From positions 1-64,000 of IMG/VR virus record IMGVR_UViG_3300021256_000085: DNA of 64,000 nt; one strand, 5' to 3'. A program made the translations under genes and the position numbers. The stretch comes from a virus (lineage: Duplodnaviria > Caudoviricetes). The stretch's first letter is position 1. Each line of letters opens with the position of its first letter. The notes beneath the pieces were generated by a model. The model was not told the origin of the DNA. It saw only the letters and a list, made by a program, of their open reading frames with translations, and did no database searches. Below are positions 10,229-20,476 of this stretch, in pieces.

Positions 10229-10573
10229 ATGACGCGGAAAGAGATAGAAATGATCTTAAAAGACCTTGGAGGTAGATTACCTTATGGAACAATTTATGAT
10301 ATTAAAATTGGTGGAGTAACATATGTAAAAGTATCATTAAATGCATTTTATTATAGTTTAATTGAAAAAAAATTTAATAATGGACAATTACAATCAATAA
10401 CTCCATATCTTAAAAAAATTGATACATCATTTGAACATAAAGGTTTTTATTTAGAAAATCTTAAGGATGTAATTGATTATTATAATTCTAATTATATTGA
10501 TTATAGAGGATTTATTGAACAAGGACTTGCAAACGAAGCGCCAGAAGGAATGTATGAAAAGAAAGAAAGATAA
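10229..10573 (+). CDS. hypothetical, GRLPY...EAPEGMY family
   Basis: paralog of 10946. Confidence 0.75.
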   Translation: MTRKEIEMILKDLGGRLPYGTIYDIKIGGVTYVKVSLNAFYYSLIEKKFNNGQLQSITPYLKKIDTSFEHKGFYLENLKDVIDYYNSNYIDYRGFIEQGLANEAPEGMYEKKER

Positions 10574-10945
10574 GATAGATATTATAGATTTTAATAAGAA
10601 GATTATTAAATCTAAAATGAAAAGTTCTTTATATATCCTAAATGATTTAGATAAAATATTGATGAATATTGGTTTTATATCAAAGAATAAAAAGAAAAAA
10701 ATAAACTATGGCACAAGAAGAAAAAGACTTGTTTGAAAATTTATACAACAATGCTATTAAAGATAAAGGGTATCAATTTTTAAGTGATAAATCTACTGCA
10801 TTTTATTGGTTCAAAAAAGGTAAAGAATTATGATAAAATATAATAACGATAATAAATTTGATGATATTTGCAAAAAATGTAGATTAGCAAATGGGATATT
10901 AACTTGTATATTAGGTTATTGTTATAAATCAAAAGAGCAACAACT

Positions 10946-11308
10946 ATGACACAAGAAAAACAATTATTACTCCAAGATATTTGTGGGAGATTACCTTACA
11001 GAGTAATAGGTTTAATACGTATTGTCAACGGTAATGATTATAATATAATTATTACTGGTGGTGATATTGATTTATTATCGCAACATTTTATAACTATAAA
11101 ACATTATCTTCGCTCGATGTCTTCAATGACTAAGGACGAACAGGAAGAATTAAAACGAGTTGCTCTGGTTGATAATGAAGGTGTTCCTGGAGATATTCCA
11201 GCATATATTGATTGGCTAAACAAGAAAATGTTTGACTATCGTGGTTTAATTCCTATGGGTTTAGCTCTTGAAGCACCTGAAGGAATGTATAATTTAAAAG
11301 TTAGATAA
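10946..11308 (+). CDS. hypothetical, GRLPY...EAPEGMY family
   Basis: paralog of 10229. Confidence 0.75.
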   Translation: MTQEKQLLLQDICGRLPYRVIGLIRIVNGNDYNIIITGGDIDLLSQHFITIKHYLRSMSSMTKDEQEELKRVALVDNEGVPGDIPAYIDWLNKKMFDYRGLIPMGLALEAPEGMYNLKVR

Positions 11309-11442
11309 CTATGGCAAAAGAATTAATAAGAAGTTTTCGTGACTCAAGTGAAGGATGTGTCTATGATGTATATTATGACACAAATACTGGACGTTATTCT
11401 CAATGCAGAAGAGGTAGAGAGGATGAGGATGAAGAGGATATT

Positions 11443-11494
11443 GATGAAAGTTCTTGGCACGTACAAGGAATAATTAGATAATTTGAATAACTAT
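11443..11494 (+). repeat. 52-bp dispersed repeat (second copy 29969-30020)
   Basis: GATGAAAGTTCTT..CACGTACAA.GAAT.ATT.GATAATTTGAATAACTAT, 47/52 identical by eye. Confidence 0.85.
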
Positions 11495-11861
11495 GATTAA
11501 AGAAGCATATTGTTCTTTTGAAGTAGCCAAGCTGCTGAAAGAAAAAGGTTTTGAAGGTGATATAAGTGCTTATTATCATATATGGGATAATGGTAGTAAA
11601 GTATGTTCTGCACAAGAATTTAATCATAGTGAAGCACCTCATCTTTATATTCCAGCACCAACCCACCAAATGGCAATGAAGTGGTTGAGAGAAGTGCATA
11701 ATATTTTTATAGTTATTGAACCTTATTCTAATACAAGTTGTTATTTCTCTTTATGGGAAGGTGATAACTATTATGAGAATCCTTTAAGGAAAGGTTTTCC
11801 TTCTTATGAGGAAACAGTTGAACAAGCATTAAAATATTGTCTTAAAAAAATAATTAAATAA
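11493..11861 (+). CDS. hypothetical, EAYxSFEVAKLLKEKGF...PTHQ family
   Basis: paralog of 11863 and 30064. Confidence 0.8.
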   Translation: MIKEAYCSFEVAKLLKEKGFEGDISAYYHIWDNGSKVCSAQEFNHSEAPHLYIPAPTHQMAMKWLREVHNIFIVIEPYSNTSCYFSLWEGDNYYENPLRKGFPSYEETVEQALKYCLKKIIK

Positions 11862-11862
11862 T

Positions 11863-12270
11863 ATGATAGAAGAAGCTTACGTTTCATTTGAAGTAGCGAA
11901 GCTACTCAAAGAGAAAGGATTTGATGAATACTGCCGTTATTTTTATGATTGTGAGACACCAAATACTGGTTATTTGTCAAATAAAGGATATGGAGAATCT
12001 GTTCATAATAGTAAAGTATATGATGGTCGTAATTTAGCAGCTTGTCCAACCCACCAAGTGGCAATGGCTTGGTTGAGAAAAAACCACAATATCTGTATCA
12101 CCATATATCCTGATAAAGAAAACGGGTATGAAGCGGTCTTATATGACATAAAAAATGATGTGGAAATAGTATTGCAATCTTTTGGAGTTTATGGTATTCA
12201 TATCTATAAAGAAAATTATGAAGAAGCTGTTGAATCAGCTTTGAAGTATATATTAGAAAATTTAATTTAA
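11863..12270 (+). CDS. hypothetical, EAYxSFEVAKLLKEKGF family
   Basis: tandem paralog. Confidence 0.8.
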   Translation: MIEEAYVSFEVAKLLKEKGFDEYCRYFYDCETPNTGYLSNKGYGESVHNSKVYDGRNLAACPTHQVAMAWLRKNHNICITIYPDKENGYEAVLYDIKNDVEIVLQSFGVYGIHIYKENYEEAVESALKYILENLI

Positions 12271-12277
12271 GAATTAA

Positions 12278-12325
12278 TTTTTTAACTATATTTGAATTTT
12301 TTATATATTTAGACTATCTTAAATA
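12278..12325 (+). promoter_or_regulatory. repeated early-type promoter element (ACTATAT form)
   Basis: TTAACTATATTTGAATTTT...GACTATCTT. Confidence 0.65.
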
Positions 12326-12346
12326 TAGATATAAAAATTAAATAAT

Positions 12347-12715
12347 ATGAATAAAATTTGTACTGATATCAACCAATGTAAGAAATTTATAGAACTTGGG
12401 ATTGATATAAATACTGCTGACCTTACGGTTATAGATCTTCCAATTCAAAATGGAGATCGATTTAAGTTTATTCAGAATAAACTACCTGGTGATATATTTC
12501 CTTCTATTACAGATGGAAAATCAGAAAAGATTCCTGCTTGGAGTCTTTCTAGATTAATGGAATTAATACCAAAAAGTATGATTTCAACTCCAAATCCATT
12601 GAGTACAAATTATTGTTGTCGAAATGTAGAATTTGATATGGAATTTTATGCTGACAATGCAGTTGACGCTGCATTTGAAATGGTGGTTTGGCTAAAAGAA
12701 AACGAAAAGCTATGA
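12347..12715 (+). CDS. hypothetical, MNKICTDINQ family
   Basis: paralog of 9297. Confidence 0.75.
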   Translation: MNKICTDINQCKKFIELGIDINTADLTVIDLPIQNGDRFKFIQNKLPGDIFPSITDGKSEKIPAWSLSRLMELIPKSMISTPNPLSTNYCCRNVEFDMEFYADNAVDAAFEMVVWLKENEKL

Positions 12716-13251
12716 GAAAGAATAAAGGTTATCAACAAGATATATATAAATCTTGTCGAAGAAAAGAACGAATTAATAGTTATGCTAAAGGGTCAAATTT
12801 AACTCTTGAACAATATATTAATGAGGAAAATAAATATTTTGATAACTATATCAAGACATGTAAAGAAGAATATGAAAAGATTTCAACTTTAACTACTTTA
12901 ACTAATAAAGAACTTCGAAAATATTGTTGGGACAATATGATGTGGGAAGTTTATTTTGATGATAATGATAATTTGATTCCATTGGAGAAAGCTATTGAAA
13001 TAATTGAAAAGAATAGACGTAAGAATATTAGTAGACGTCTATATAGTGATTGGAGCGGTTATCAAAAACGAATTGTAAATAAAGATAATCAGAAATTTGT
13101 ATATAATACAGGAGGACATACTGGACATATCACTTCAATTAGGGTTCCATCATTAAAGAGATCTAATAGTGTTTGGAAACGATTTTATGAGTTATTTCCA
13201 GAAGCAAAAGGTTTGAAGACATTTAGAGGTTGTAAATTGAAAAAAATATAA
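12712..13251 (+). CDS. basic hypothetical protein
   Basis: start at ATGA overlap with 12347 gene. Confidence 0.65.
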   Translation: MRKNKGYQQDIYKSCRRKERINSYAKGSNLTLEQYINEENKYFDNYIKTCKEEYEKISTLTTLTNKELRKYCWDNMMWEVYFDDNDNLIPLEKAIEIIEKNRRKNISRRLYSDWSGYQKRIVNKDNQKFVYNTGGHTGHITSIRVPSLKRSNSVWKRFYELFPEAKGLKTFRGCKLKKI

Positions 13252-13264
13252 AATAATAAATATT

Positions 13265-13660
13265 ATGAGTATTAGTGGTTTATTTAATTGTTGTGAATAT
13301 GAAGATGAGAAGGACTATATTGAAAATGGTCCAGCTATAACTATTTGTGAAAAATTGGATTTCTTTTGTGCTAAATGGTATTTGAATGACCAATTTAGGA
13401 AAACCGGATATGGGATTGTTGTAACTCCCAAATCAATTTGTGATCCAATATATGTAGGACCTGATGAAAACGGTAAACCACAATATCAAAGTGTATTTCA
13501 AATTGCAAATGTAATTCCAGATTATCAAGGTGGTTATATTATAGAGCCAATTGCCGAATGGGAAGATTGTTTGGAACAAATGACAATTTATAATCGCAAA
13601 AATATTCCATTTTATGAAGAAAATTTTAAAGAAGTTTATAAAGCATTAAAAAATAAATAA
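13265..13660 (+). CDS. hypothetical protein
   Basis: ORF in run. Confidence 0.65.
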   Translation: MSISGLFNCCEYEDEKDYIENGPAITICEKLDFFCAKWYLNDQFRKTGYGIVVTPKSICDPIYVGPDENGKPQYQSVFQIANVIPDYQGGYIIEPIAEWEDCLEQMTIYNRKNIPFYEENFKEVYKALKNK

Positions 13661-13664
13661 TATT

Positions 13665-14261
13665 ATGCCAAAAATAAAAACAAAGATATTTTATAGCAGG
13701 AATGGAATAAAATATTATAAGATGGAGAATGTTGATAAAATTCCTCCAAAGAACCCTAGGGTTGATTCAAAGGTACGTATTCATGCTTTAGATCAAATTC
13801 AACAAAATAATAAGCATAGTCATTATAGTTATGAAACTAAAAAATATGAATCTAAGCTAGGATTTTATTATTATAAACGTGAATATCATAATTCGATAAA
13901 AGTTGAAAAAAAATGTACAATTAAGTTTTTTGATATTCAATTAGGAAGTACTGAATATCATTTTGAATATCCTATAGATTATACCAGAAATGGAGAAACT
14001 CAAAAAATAAATATTGAGATGCGTCCTTGGGATATTTTACCTGGATATACCGGGATGCCCGATAATATGATTGATGCTTTAGTAAAAGAAGCAAATAATT
14101 TTATTGATATTTGTGAACCTTACAATAAAGAAATCAGAAAGGAAATTATGACCGATTTGTTTGGTTATCCTGATGGTCCTAAGATTCAACCTAATAATAT
14201 CAAAATACTTGCACATGGATTTGATTTGAAAACATCATTTAGAAAGGATAAAGAAAAATGA
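13665..14261 (+). CDS. hypothetical protein
   Basis: ORF in run. Confidence 0.65.
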   Translation: MPKIKTKIFYSRNGIKYYKMENVDKIPPKNPRVDSKVRIHALDQIQQNNKHSHYSYETKKYESKLGFYYYKREYHNSIKVEKKCTIKFFDIQLGSTEYHFEYPIDYTRNGETQKINIEMRPWDILPGYTGMPDNMIDALVKEANNFIDICEPYNKEIRKEIMTDLFGYPDGPKIQPNNIKILAHGFDLKTSFRKDKEK

Positions 14262-14992
14262 AAATAACAACATATTGGTATAATAGAAAAGATAATTGGA
14301 AACCAACCAAAAGGTATATTTTGATTTTCAATACATTTACAGATTCTAAAGTTATTTCAATATCTATTTCTCAATATGATAATTGGAAAGATTGTATGGA
14401 TGAATCTGTAGAATTGGATTCAATGTATAAAACTCATAAACTTCCAATTGAAAAGAAAGAGTTCTTTATTGGTGCAAGCAAGAAAAATAGAATGAATAAA
14501 TCAGAACGAATAAAGACTATATATGATTTCTCTGATAATCGTAGTTGGTGGGGATATATAATTCTTGATATGCATGATTGCAAATGTCTTAAAGTTGGTG
14601 GATATGGATTTAGATTTTATGTATCAAAACGTATTAGTACAAGTGAATCTATTAATGTCATAAAAAATACAAAACACATCAATAATTCAGTTTATATATT
14701 GGATTATTTTTTCAGAGATACAAATGTTTGTCCAGATGAATATGAATTTGATGGGATTGAAGAATATGAAGGATGGATTCAATATAGATGGGGTGATGGC
14801 AAAAATGCTATTAATTATGTAAAGCCACCAAAGACGAAATCAATAAATAAAAAAATAGTTTCTGAGATTGATGGATATGATATTGAAACCGGAGGATTAG
14901 ATGATTACTTTAAATATGAATCATTAGAAAATAAATTTTCCGATTTGATTAATAAAGAAACTTATAAAAGATTAATGGAAAAATATAATTAA
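14258..14992 (+). CDS. hypothetical protein
   Basis: ATGA overlap; 244 aa. Confidence 0.7.
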   Translation: MKITTYWYNRKDNWKPTKRYILIFNTFTDSKVISISISQYDNWKDCMDESVELDSMYKTHKLPIEKKEFFIGASKKNRMNKSERIKTIYDFSDNRSWWGYIILDMHDCKCLKVGGYGFRFYVSKRISTSESINVIKNTKHINNSVYILDYFFRDTNVCPDEYEFDGIEEYEGWIQYRWGDGKNAINYVKPPKTKSINKKIVSEIDGYDIETGGLDDYFKYESLENKFSDLINKETYKRLMEKYN

Positions 14993-14994
14993 AA

Positions 14995-15270
14995 ATGAAT
15001 TCAATAGAATTAACAATTTGGATTATAATAGTAATAGGTATCTTTATATTTATTATATCCCAAAAGAATTTATTAAATGTATATAATTGGAAACAAGATT
15101 ATATAACAATTGGTTTATGTGTCAGATGCAAATATTTTGATAAGCATTCAAAAAGATGTTTTAGTGGAGAACATTCAAGGTGGAGCAAAAGACAAAACAC
15201 ATATATCTATTGGTCAAATACTCCATGTGATGGAATGAGCAGTTGTATGGATTTTAGAGAAAATGAGTAA
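14995..15270 (+). CDS. N-terminal TM, Cys-rich hypothetical
   Basis: hydrophobic N-terminus; CVRCKYF..C...C...C. Confidence 0.6.
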   Translation: MNSIELTIWIIIVIGIFIFIISQKNLLNVYNWKQDYITIGLCVRCKYFDKHSKRCFSGEHSRWSKRQNTYIYWSNTPCDGMSSCMDFRENE

Positions 15271-15292
15271 TATTAACTAATAAAAAAAATAT

Positions 15293-15634
15293 ATGGAATA
15301 TAGAGGTAAGATTTATAAGACAATGGGTGAAGTATTCAATGAAGCACTTCGCCTTGCAAAGACAGATTCTTATGAAGCAAAAGAATTTTTTAAAGAGTAT
15401 ATTAATTGTATTGCCAATGATAACCATTATTCTTGGGATAAAGCTACGGAAATAGCAAAGTCTAATTTTGGATATTTTGCAGGTTATTATGATGAAGAAA
15501 CTTGTGACATAATCTATAAGACTTATCAATGTTCACACCCTATCTTTGGAGATAAACCATTTTCAGTATCACCAGAAGAAGCATATAATAAGGGATTAGA
15601 AATTGGATATAAATTAAAGGAAAGTAAGTTATAA
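15293..15634 (+). CDS. conserved-looking phage hypothetical (NFGYFAGYY...HPIFG)
   Basis: motif-rich ORF. Confidence 0.7.
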   Translation: MEYRGKIYKTMGEVFNEALRLAKTDSYEAKEFFKEYINCIANDNHYSWDKATEIAKSNFGYFAGYYDEETCDIIYKTYQCSHPIFGDKPFSVSPEEAYNKGLEIGYKLKESKL

Positions 15635-15858
15635 TGTGGTTTTATGTAATTTTTTATATATTTTTAGGCTTATCAATATTTTGTTCATTTAACGCTTTCT
15701 TTGATAATGAAAAATTTTATAAGATTTTTAAGAAACGTTGGATGCGAATTATTTGTAGATTGACTTGGTTATTTCTATGGCCATTATGGTGTTTATTATT
15801 TGCAGTTATATTTTTAGTTTTTTTATTTAGAATATTTATTAAAGTTCTTACTAAATAA
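15634..15858 (+). CDS. small membrane protein
   Basis: two strongly hydrophobic segments. Confidence 0.6.
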   Translation: MWFYVIFYIFLGLSIFCSFNAFFDNEKFYKIFKKRWMRIICRLTWLFLWPLWCLLFAVIFLVFLFRIFIKVLTK

Positions 15859-15902
15859 TTTTAACTATATTTGAATTTTTGAAGTCTATTTACTATATTG
15901 AA
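15858..15902 (+). promoter_or_regulatory. repeated early-type promoter element (ACTATAT form)
   Basis: TTAACTATATTTGAATTTTTGAAGTCTATTTACTATATTG; TTTG-N20-TATATT. Confidence 0.7.
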
Positions 15903-15923
15903 TATGTAATTAATTTAAACAAT

Positions 15924-16211
15924 ATGGGAGTAATAATTAAAGATTTCAAGAGAGGTCAGTTAACTCATGAAGAAGTTTTCAATAAGCTTCAGAATGGATA
16001 TTTGAAACTAATGTGTGGAGATACACAATACTCACGATATCCGAATGGAAAGATTGAGAAGGTCTATTTTGACAAGAATGGGGATTTGCAATCAGAAATC
16101 TTTGATTTCAATTGGCCTAATGTTTACTTGATGTTTCACCATACTTCCGATGAATATCCTACACTTCCGTATGGACCGTGGTATGAAGGATATATTAATG
16201 ATATATTTTAA
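15924..16211 (+). CDS. hypothetical protein
   Basis: start moved to ATG 15924 because the track start lies inside the promoter. Confidence 0.65.
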   Translation: MGVIIKDFKRGQLTHEEVFNKLQNGYLKLMCGDTQYSRYPNGKIEKVYFDKNGDLQSEIFDFNWPNVYLMFHHTSDEYPTLPYGPWYEGYINDIF

Positions 16212-16448
16212 TTGAATATTATGATCTCATTTGAAGAAGCTAAGAATATAGTTATTAAGGAAGCTTATCATTATCATTTGAATAAATTAGTTCCTAATAT
16301 TAATATTGATAATATTTCTTCGGCTCATGATATCGAGGATTTATGTGATACTATAGCATTATATTATACTGGAGAATATAATTACATGGCACGACGTAAG
16401 TATATTATTCCTAAGAAGTTGTTTGATTATATAATTTCTACTTATTAA
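16212..16448 (+). CDS. hypothetical protein
   Basis: ORF in run. Confidence 0.55.
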   Translation: MNIMISFEEAKNIVIKEAYHYHLNKLVPNINIDNISSAHDIEDLCDTIALYYTGEYNYMARRKYIIPKKLFDYIISTY

Positions 16449-16472
16449 TTTGATGATCATTAAATATCAAAA

Positions 16473-17027
16473 ATGACTATTATATATTGTAATTGGAAAG
16501 ATCCAGATTCTATACCTTTGCGTTCTGTTTTTAATAATCTGAATGCAAAGGTTATTGAGTTAACTAAAGACTCTATTGATTGGGAAGATATGGTTGATAA
16601 TGCCATAAGTGCCGAGGAAGATACTTTAGTGTTTCTTGGACATGGATCTTCTTATGGCTTATATTTCCCAAAGGATGATTATTCAACGTATGTATTACAT
16701 GAGAATAATGTTCATTTGATTCATGCCAAGAGAGTTGTCTATATTTGGTGTTATGCTTCGGATTTTGTTAGAAATAATCATCTACATGGATTTGCGACAT
16801 CTATGTTCATATCTAATGAGAAAGAAGCATATAATGAGTTTATTTATGGATATGACCAGCATTTTATTGATTTAATTGGAAAATATTTTTTCGAAGAGGT
16901 TTATGATTTACTCAAGAATAATGTCCCATTAGAAGATTGGGTAATGATTCTTGGGGCACACATGGATATTGAAAATGATATTGACGTATTTAATCGGCAA
17001 GGACTTTATTATCAAAAATTAATATAG
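16473..17027 (+). CDS. putative clan CD (caspase/gingipain/CHAT-fold) cysteine peptidase-like protein
   Basis: LVFLGHG followed by VVYIWCYA: His-Gly and Cys after hydrophobic strands. Confidence 0.45.
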   Translation: MTIIYCNWKDPDSIPLRSVFNNLNAKVIELTKDSIDWEDMVDNAISAEEDTLVFLGHGSSYGLYFPKDDYSTYVLHENNVHLIHAKRVVYIWCYASDFVRNNHLHGFATSMFISNEKEAYNEFIYGYDQHFIDLIGKYFFEEVYDLLKNNVPLEDWVMILGAHMDIENDIDVFNRQGLYYQKLI

Positions 17028-17060
17028 TTTGAATTTTTGAAGTCTCTTTACTATATTTTA
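17016..17060 (+). promoter_or_regulatory. repeated early-type promoter element (ATATAGT form)
   Basis: AATATAGTTTGAATTTTTGAAGTCTCTTTACTATATT. Confidence 0.7.
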
Positions 17061-17086
17061 AATATAATTAATAAATAATTAAGAAT

Positions 17087-17356
17087 ATGAAGATCATTAC
17101 CAGTTTTATTGAGAGACTTACCATTTGTTGGAAAGTTTTGACACTAAAGAATTACATTTACTTTGGAATTAAAAAGAATCTTATTGCTTGGGATGAGAAT
17201 GGTAAGTATGCCGGTTTAATACCTGGTGCAACAAGCTGCTATTGGGATATAGATAAATCATATAAGTTCTATATTAATGATAATGAACCTTCTACTCTTA
17301 ATAAGATTATTTGGAAGGTTGTAGAGCAAATAGCTAAAAATGAACAAGAAAAATAA
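17087..17356 (+). CDS. hypothetical protein
   Basis: first gene after promoter element. Confidence 0.65.
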   Translation: MKIITSFIERLTICWKVLTLKNYIYFGIKKNLIAWDENGKYAGLIPGATSCYWDIDKSYKFYINDNEPSTLNKIIWKVVEQIAKNEQEK

Positions 17357-17377
17357 ATAAAAATTTTAAATACAATT

Positions 17378-17572
17378 ATGACAAAGTTTGACATCAATTT
17401 CAACAGAGTTTTACTTTTCTTTTGTGCATTTATGCTTATTTTTAATGTGTTTGATAATAAAGCACTAGATCGTAAGATTGATAATTTGACTGAACAAAAC
17501 GATTCTCTGCAGGCAAAAGTTGATAGTTTGACAAATGAAGTTTATTTAATGAATGTAGATATTTATGATTAA
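17378..17572 (+). CDS. small TM + coiled-coil protein
   Basis: hydrophobic helix then heptad pattern. Confidence 0.55.
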   Translation: MTKFDINFNRVLLFFCAFMLIFNVFDNKALDRKIDNLTEQNDSLQAKVDSLTNEVYLMNVDIYD

Positions 17573-17867
17573 ACCAATTACACCAGATGAAGTTAAGCAT
17601 GTCATTCCTGATTTTGTTATTAAAGCAGTTAATAAGCTAATTACAGAAAAATGGAATGGAAAAGAAGCAATTGTTACACAAAATGAAATAATGAGTATTA
17701 TTTCAAGTAATGATCCTGATGATGATAAGCCATCACGTTATACTGTTTTTGATAAACATTGGCTTGATTTTGAAGATCTATATAGAGAAGCTGGGTGGTA
17801 TGTTGATTATGATAAACCAGATTGGGGTGAAAATGGCACAGCTTATTACAAGTTTACAAAGAAATAG
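17565..17867 (+). CDS. phage hypothetical (WLDFEDLYREAGW..YDKP)
   Basis: ORF in run. Confidence 0.7.
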   Translation: MIKPITPDEVKHVIPDFVIKAVNKLITEKWNGKEAIVTQNEIMSIISSNDPDDDKPSRYTVFDKHWLDFEDLYREAGWYVDYDKPDWGENGTAYYKFTKK

Positions 17868-18037
17868 ATAATTAAGTTTAGATTGTAAAAATATGGAAAA
17901 AACAAAGCAATCAAAAGTTAAGAAGAACAAGAAAATCCCATATTGGAAGCAAAAAGGATTTAATTCCAAGAAAGAATATGATGAATGGTATAATGAAATA
18001 CTAGATGATATTAGGCATGGCTATTGTTAAAGAAATA

Positions 18038-18082
18038 TTTTTAATATAGTTTGAATTTTTGAAGTTTCTTTACTATATTCTA
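18038..18082 (+). promoter_or_regulatory. repeated early-type promoter element (ATATAGT form)
   Basis: TTAATATAGTTTGAATTTTTGAAGTTTCTTTACTATATTC. Confidence 0.7.
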
Positions 18083-18111
18083 AATGTAATTAATTTAAAA
18101 AACAAAAAGAT

Positions 18112-18429
18112 ATGAAATTTACAATTGGAATCAAACCGACAATTCTAACTGGGTGGGGAACGACTAAAGATGCTAAAGCCCGTTTTCGTGAATCAATTAG
18201 CGGATGCTTCTGTTATTCATCTAATTTTGGTTCAGCATGGACGAACTCTTATGTAACAAATAATACTACGGTATATGGATATAATATTGAGGTCTTCAAG
18301 CGTGGCAAGCATCGTCATAACAAGCATTTCGTAGTTTACCGTTATGCGTTTCCTATTGAGATGTTCAAGCTCTTGAATATTGAAATTAAACAAGGTCCAA
18401 GAACTTTTAAAATTGTTCCGAAGAAATGA
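18112..18429 (+). CDS. hypothetical protein
   Basis: first gene after promoter element. Confidence 0.7.
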   Translation: MKFTIGIKPTILTGWGTTKDAKARFRESISGCFCYSSNFGSAWTNSYVTNNTTVYGYNIEVFKRGKHRHNKHFVVYRYAFPIEMFKLLNIEIKQGPRTFKIVPKK

Positions 18430-18595
18430 ATAGAGAAATATTAGAGAAACTACAAGAGCTTCAAGTAGAAATGAAGGCATATGCGAAATACTTAGAAGAG
18501 TCTACATATCATCCTTTTGATAAGGTTGAAAGTTTTGCATCAACATTAAAAAATATTATTAATGAAATTGAAAATTGATTAAAAATAGAAATGAG

Positions 18596-18946
18596 ATGAA
18601 AAACTGTACAGATTTAAAACAGTCAAAGGATTTGTCAAAGTTTCTATCATTTGAAAGCGCTGATATGTGTTTTAATACAAGAAATAAAATGCCACCTTTG
18701 ATGACTCCTTATGGTAGGTTTGATGAATTTTATGATATAAGTCCAACTCCGAGCTTTCTAATTCCTTGTTGGAGTCTTACTGCATTGATGGATGTTTTAG
18801 ATCGTGGAGCAGTGTTTAAGACACCACAAGGATGGGCATGTCAAACTTATACAGATTTCAAAGCTATTACAAGTGACTATTATAACAATCCCATTGATGC
18901 TTGCGTTGCTATGATAGAGAATTTACACGAACAAAAACTTTTGTGA
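18596..18946 (+). CDS. hypothetical, MxxCTDxxQS...IPxWSL family
   Basis: paralog of 9297/12347. Confidence 0.7.
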   Translation: MKNCTDLKQSKDLSKFLSFESADMCFNTRNKMPPLMTPYGRFDEFYDISPTPSFLIPCWSLTALMDVLDRGAVFKTPQGWACQTYTDFKAITSDYYNNPIDACVAMIENLHEQKLL

Positions 18947-18947
18947 T

Positions 18948-19142
18948 ATGGCATTTGTTAAATTTGATAATAGGAAAAAAAATCTCAAAGATTTAGTTAA
19001 AACCACTAAGATTCATACTTGTATGTGGGGATATTTTGAGATTGGAACTGAAGTAGAAATTGTTGATGTTGACCCGATTAGAGGATATACTATTAGAGAT
19101 TTTGAAGGTAATACTGTAAGTGAAATTGGTTGGGTTATATAA
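18948..19142 (+). CDS. small SH3-like hypothetical
   Basis: beta-rich pattern IGTEVEIVDVD..RGYTI. Confidence 0.5.
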   Translation: MAFVKFDNRKKNLKDLVKTTKIHTCMWGYFEIGTEVEIVDVDPIRGYTIRDFEGNTVSEIGWVI

Positions 19143-19174
19143 AATTGAAATAATTAAAAAATAATTAAATTAAA

Positions 19175-19588
19175 ATGAATAATATGAAGAATTTGAAAAT
19201 TGATTTACGAGCAGTTCCTTTTGGTAGTGGTGATAGTCATGTATTGGAATATAGGATTAATCCTAATCAAGATTTGCGCTATTATAAGGAACATAAATGG
19301 TTATGGGGTTTAATTAAGTTTGGAACGGTACATAAGTATAGTACTAAATGGATTCAACCAGTAAGATTTTTTAATTGTCTTACTTCATATAGATATAATG
19401 AAAATGATTCTTTTAACAATAATCATCCAATATTTGTAGATTCTAAAGAAGAATTAGAGAAATTTAAGAATATGTTTCAAACTTATGGACAATTTATGGA
19501 TTGGTATTTGGAAGAAGATTGCAAACAACGTTCAGAATATTGGAAAGAACGTAAGGCATATTTAGAAAAAATGTGTATTTGGGAATAA
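19175..19588 (+). CDS. hypothetical protein
   Basis: ORF in run. Confidence 0.65.
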   Translation: MNNMKNLKIDLRAVPFGSGDSHVLEYRINPNQDLRYYKEHKWLWGLIKFGTVHKYSTKWIQPVRFFNCLTSYRYNENDSFNNNHPIFVDSKEELEKFKNMFQTYGQFMDWYLEEDCKQRSEYWKERKAYLEKMCIWE

Positions 19589-19589
19589 T

Positions 19590-19874
19590 ATGAGAACCGA
19601 AGTAAGAACAAAAATGGTGCCACAAAGCTATAAAGTTTATATAGCAAAAGATGGAAAGGAATATAATTCTGAAGAGGATTGTAAACATCATGAAATGATT
19701 TTAGATGGAACACGTATAGTTTGTCCAGATTGTAATGGAAAGGGGAAATGGAAAACTATTTATGTTCCTGAACATGAATCTTGGGAAGGCACTATGGGTG
19801 GTTATTGGGAATATGAAACATGCAAACGATGTAAAGGAAAAGGATATTTAGAAAAGAAAGTAACTTGGGAATAA
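19590..19874 (+). CDS. DnaJ-type zinc-finger small protein
   Basis: CPDCNGKG and CKRCKGKG (CxxCxGxG x2). Confidence 0.7.
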   Translation: MRTEVRTKMVPQSYKVYIAKDGKEYNSEEDCKHHEMILDGTRIVCPDCNGKGKWKTIYVPEHESWEGTMGGYWEYETCKRCKGKGYLEKKVTWE

Positions 19875-19901
19875 AGTAGAGATTATTAAAATAAAATAAT
19901 T

Positions 19902-20150
19902 ATGTACAAAATTTTAACATCAAAAGCAAATGAGCATGAGATAAATACTGTATTGTTGTATAATGAAGAAGATTATTTATCATATATAAAAGATAATAAT
20001 CATGTACAAGAAGAAGATTTTAAAGATATTCTATTTGGAAAGCCAAGTCATTATCCAGCAATTTTGGTTACTCATTTTAATATTTCAATGTGTAAGTTTA
20101 TTAATCATAAAGTATATGGAGAATACATATATCCTTCTTCATTTGATTAA
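19902..20150 (+). CDS. hypothetical protein
   Basis: ORF in run. Confidence 0.6.
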   Translation: MYKILTSKANEHEINTVLLYNEEDYLSYIKDNNHVQEEDFKDILFGKPSHYPAILVTHFNISMCKFINHKVYGEYIYPSSFD

Positions 20151-20174
20151 AATATAAAACAGTTATTATAGATT

Positions 20175-20474
20175 ATGATATTTATCAATCCTTGGGCATC
20201 TTATGATCCAGATGATATTCCTGATTTGAATCCTCAAGATAATGAAGAAGCAATAGGATGTATTTGTGGTGTATGTGGATATATAATAGCATCAGCAATT
20301 TTTGTATGGCTTATGCATTTTATATTGAATTTGAGATTAAATGATATAATAAGTACAGATGTTCATTTTATATTGATTCTTATTAATTGTATAATAATTT
20401 ATCCAATATTAACGATATGTTTGATGAAATTATCATTTAAGATTGGAGACAAAATATATAAAAGAAAAGGTTAA
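20175..20474 (+). CDS. two-TM membrane protein
   Basis: hydrophobic segments. Confidence 0.6.
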   Translation: MIFINPWASYDPDDIPDLNPQDNEEAIGCICGVCGYIIASAIFVWLMHFILNLRLNDIISTDVHFILILINCIIIYPILTICLMKLSFKIGDKIYKRKG

Positions 20475-20476
20475 TT

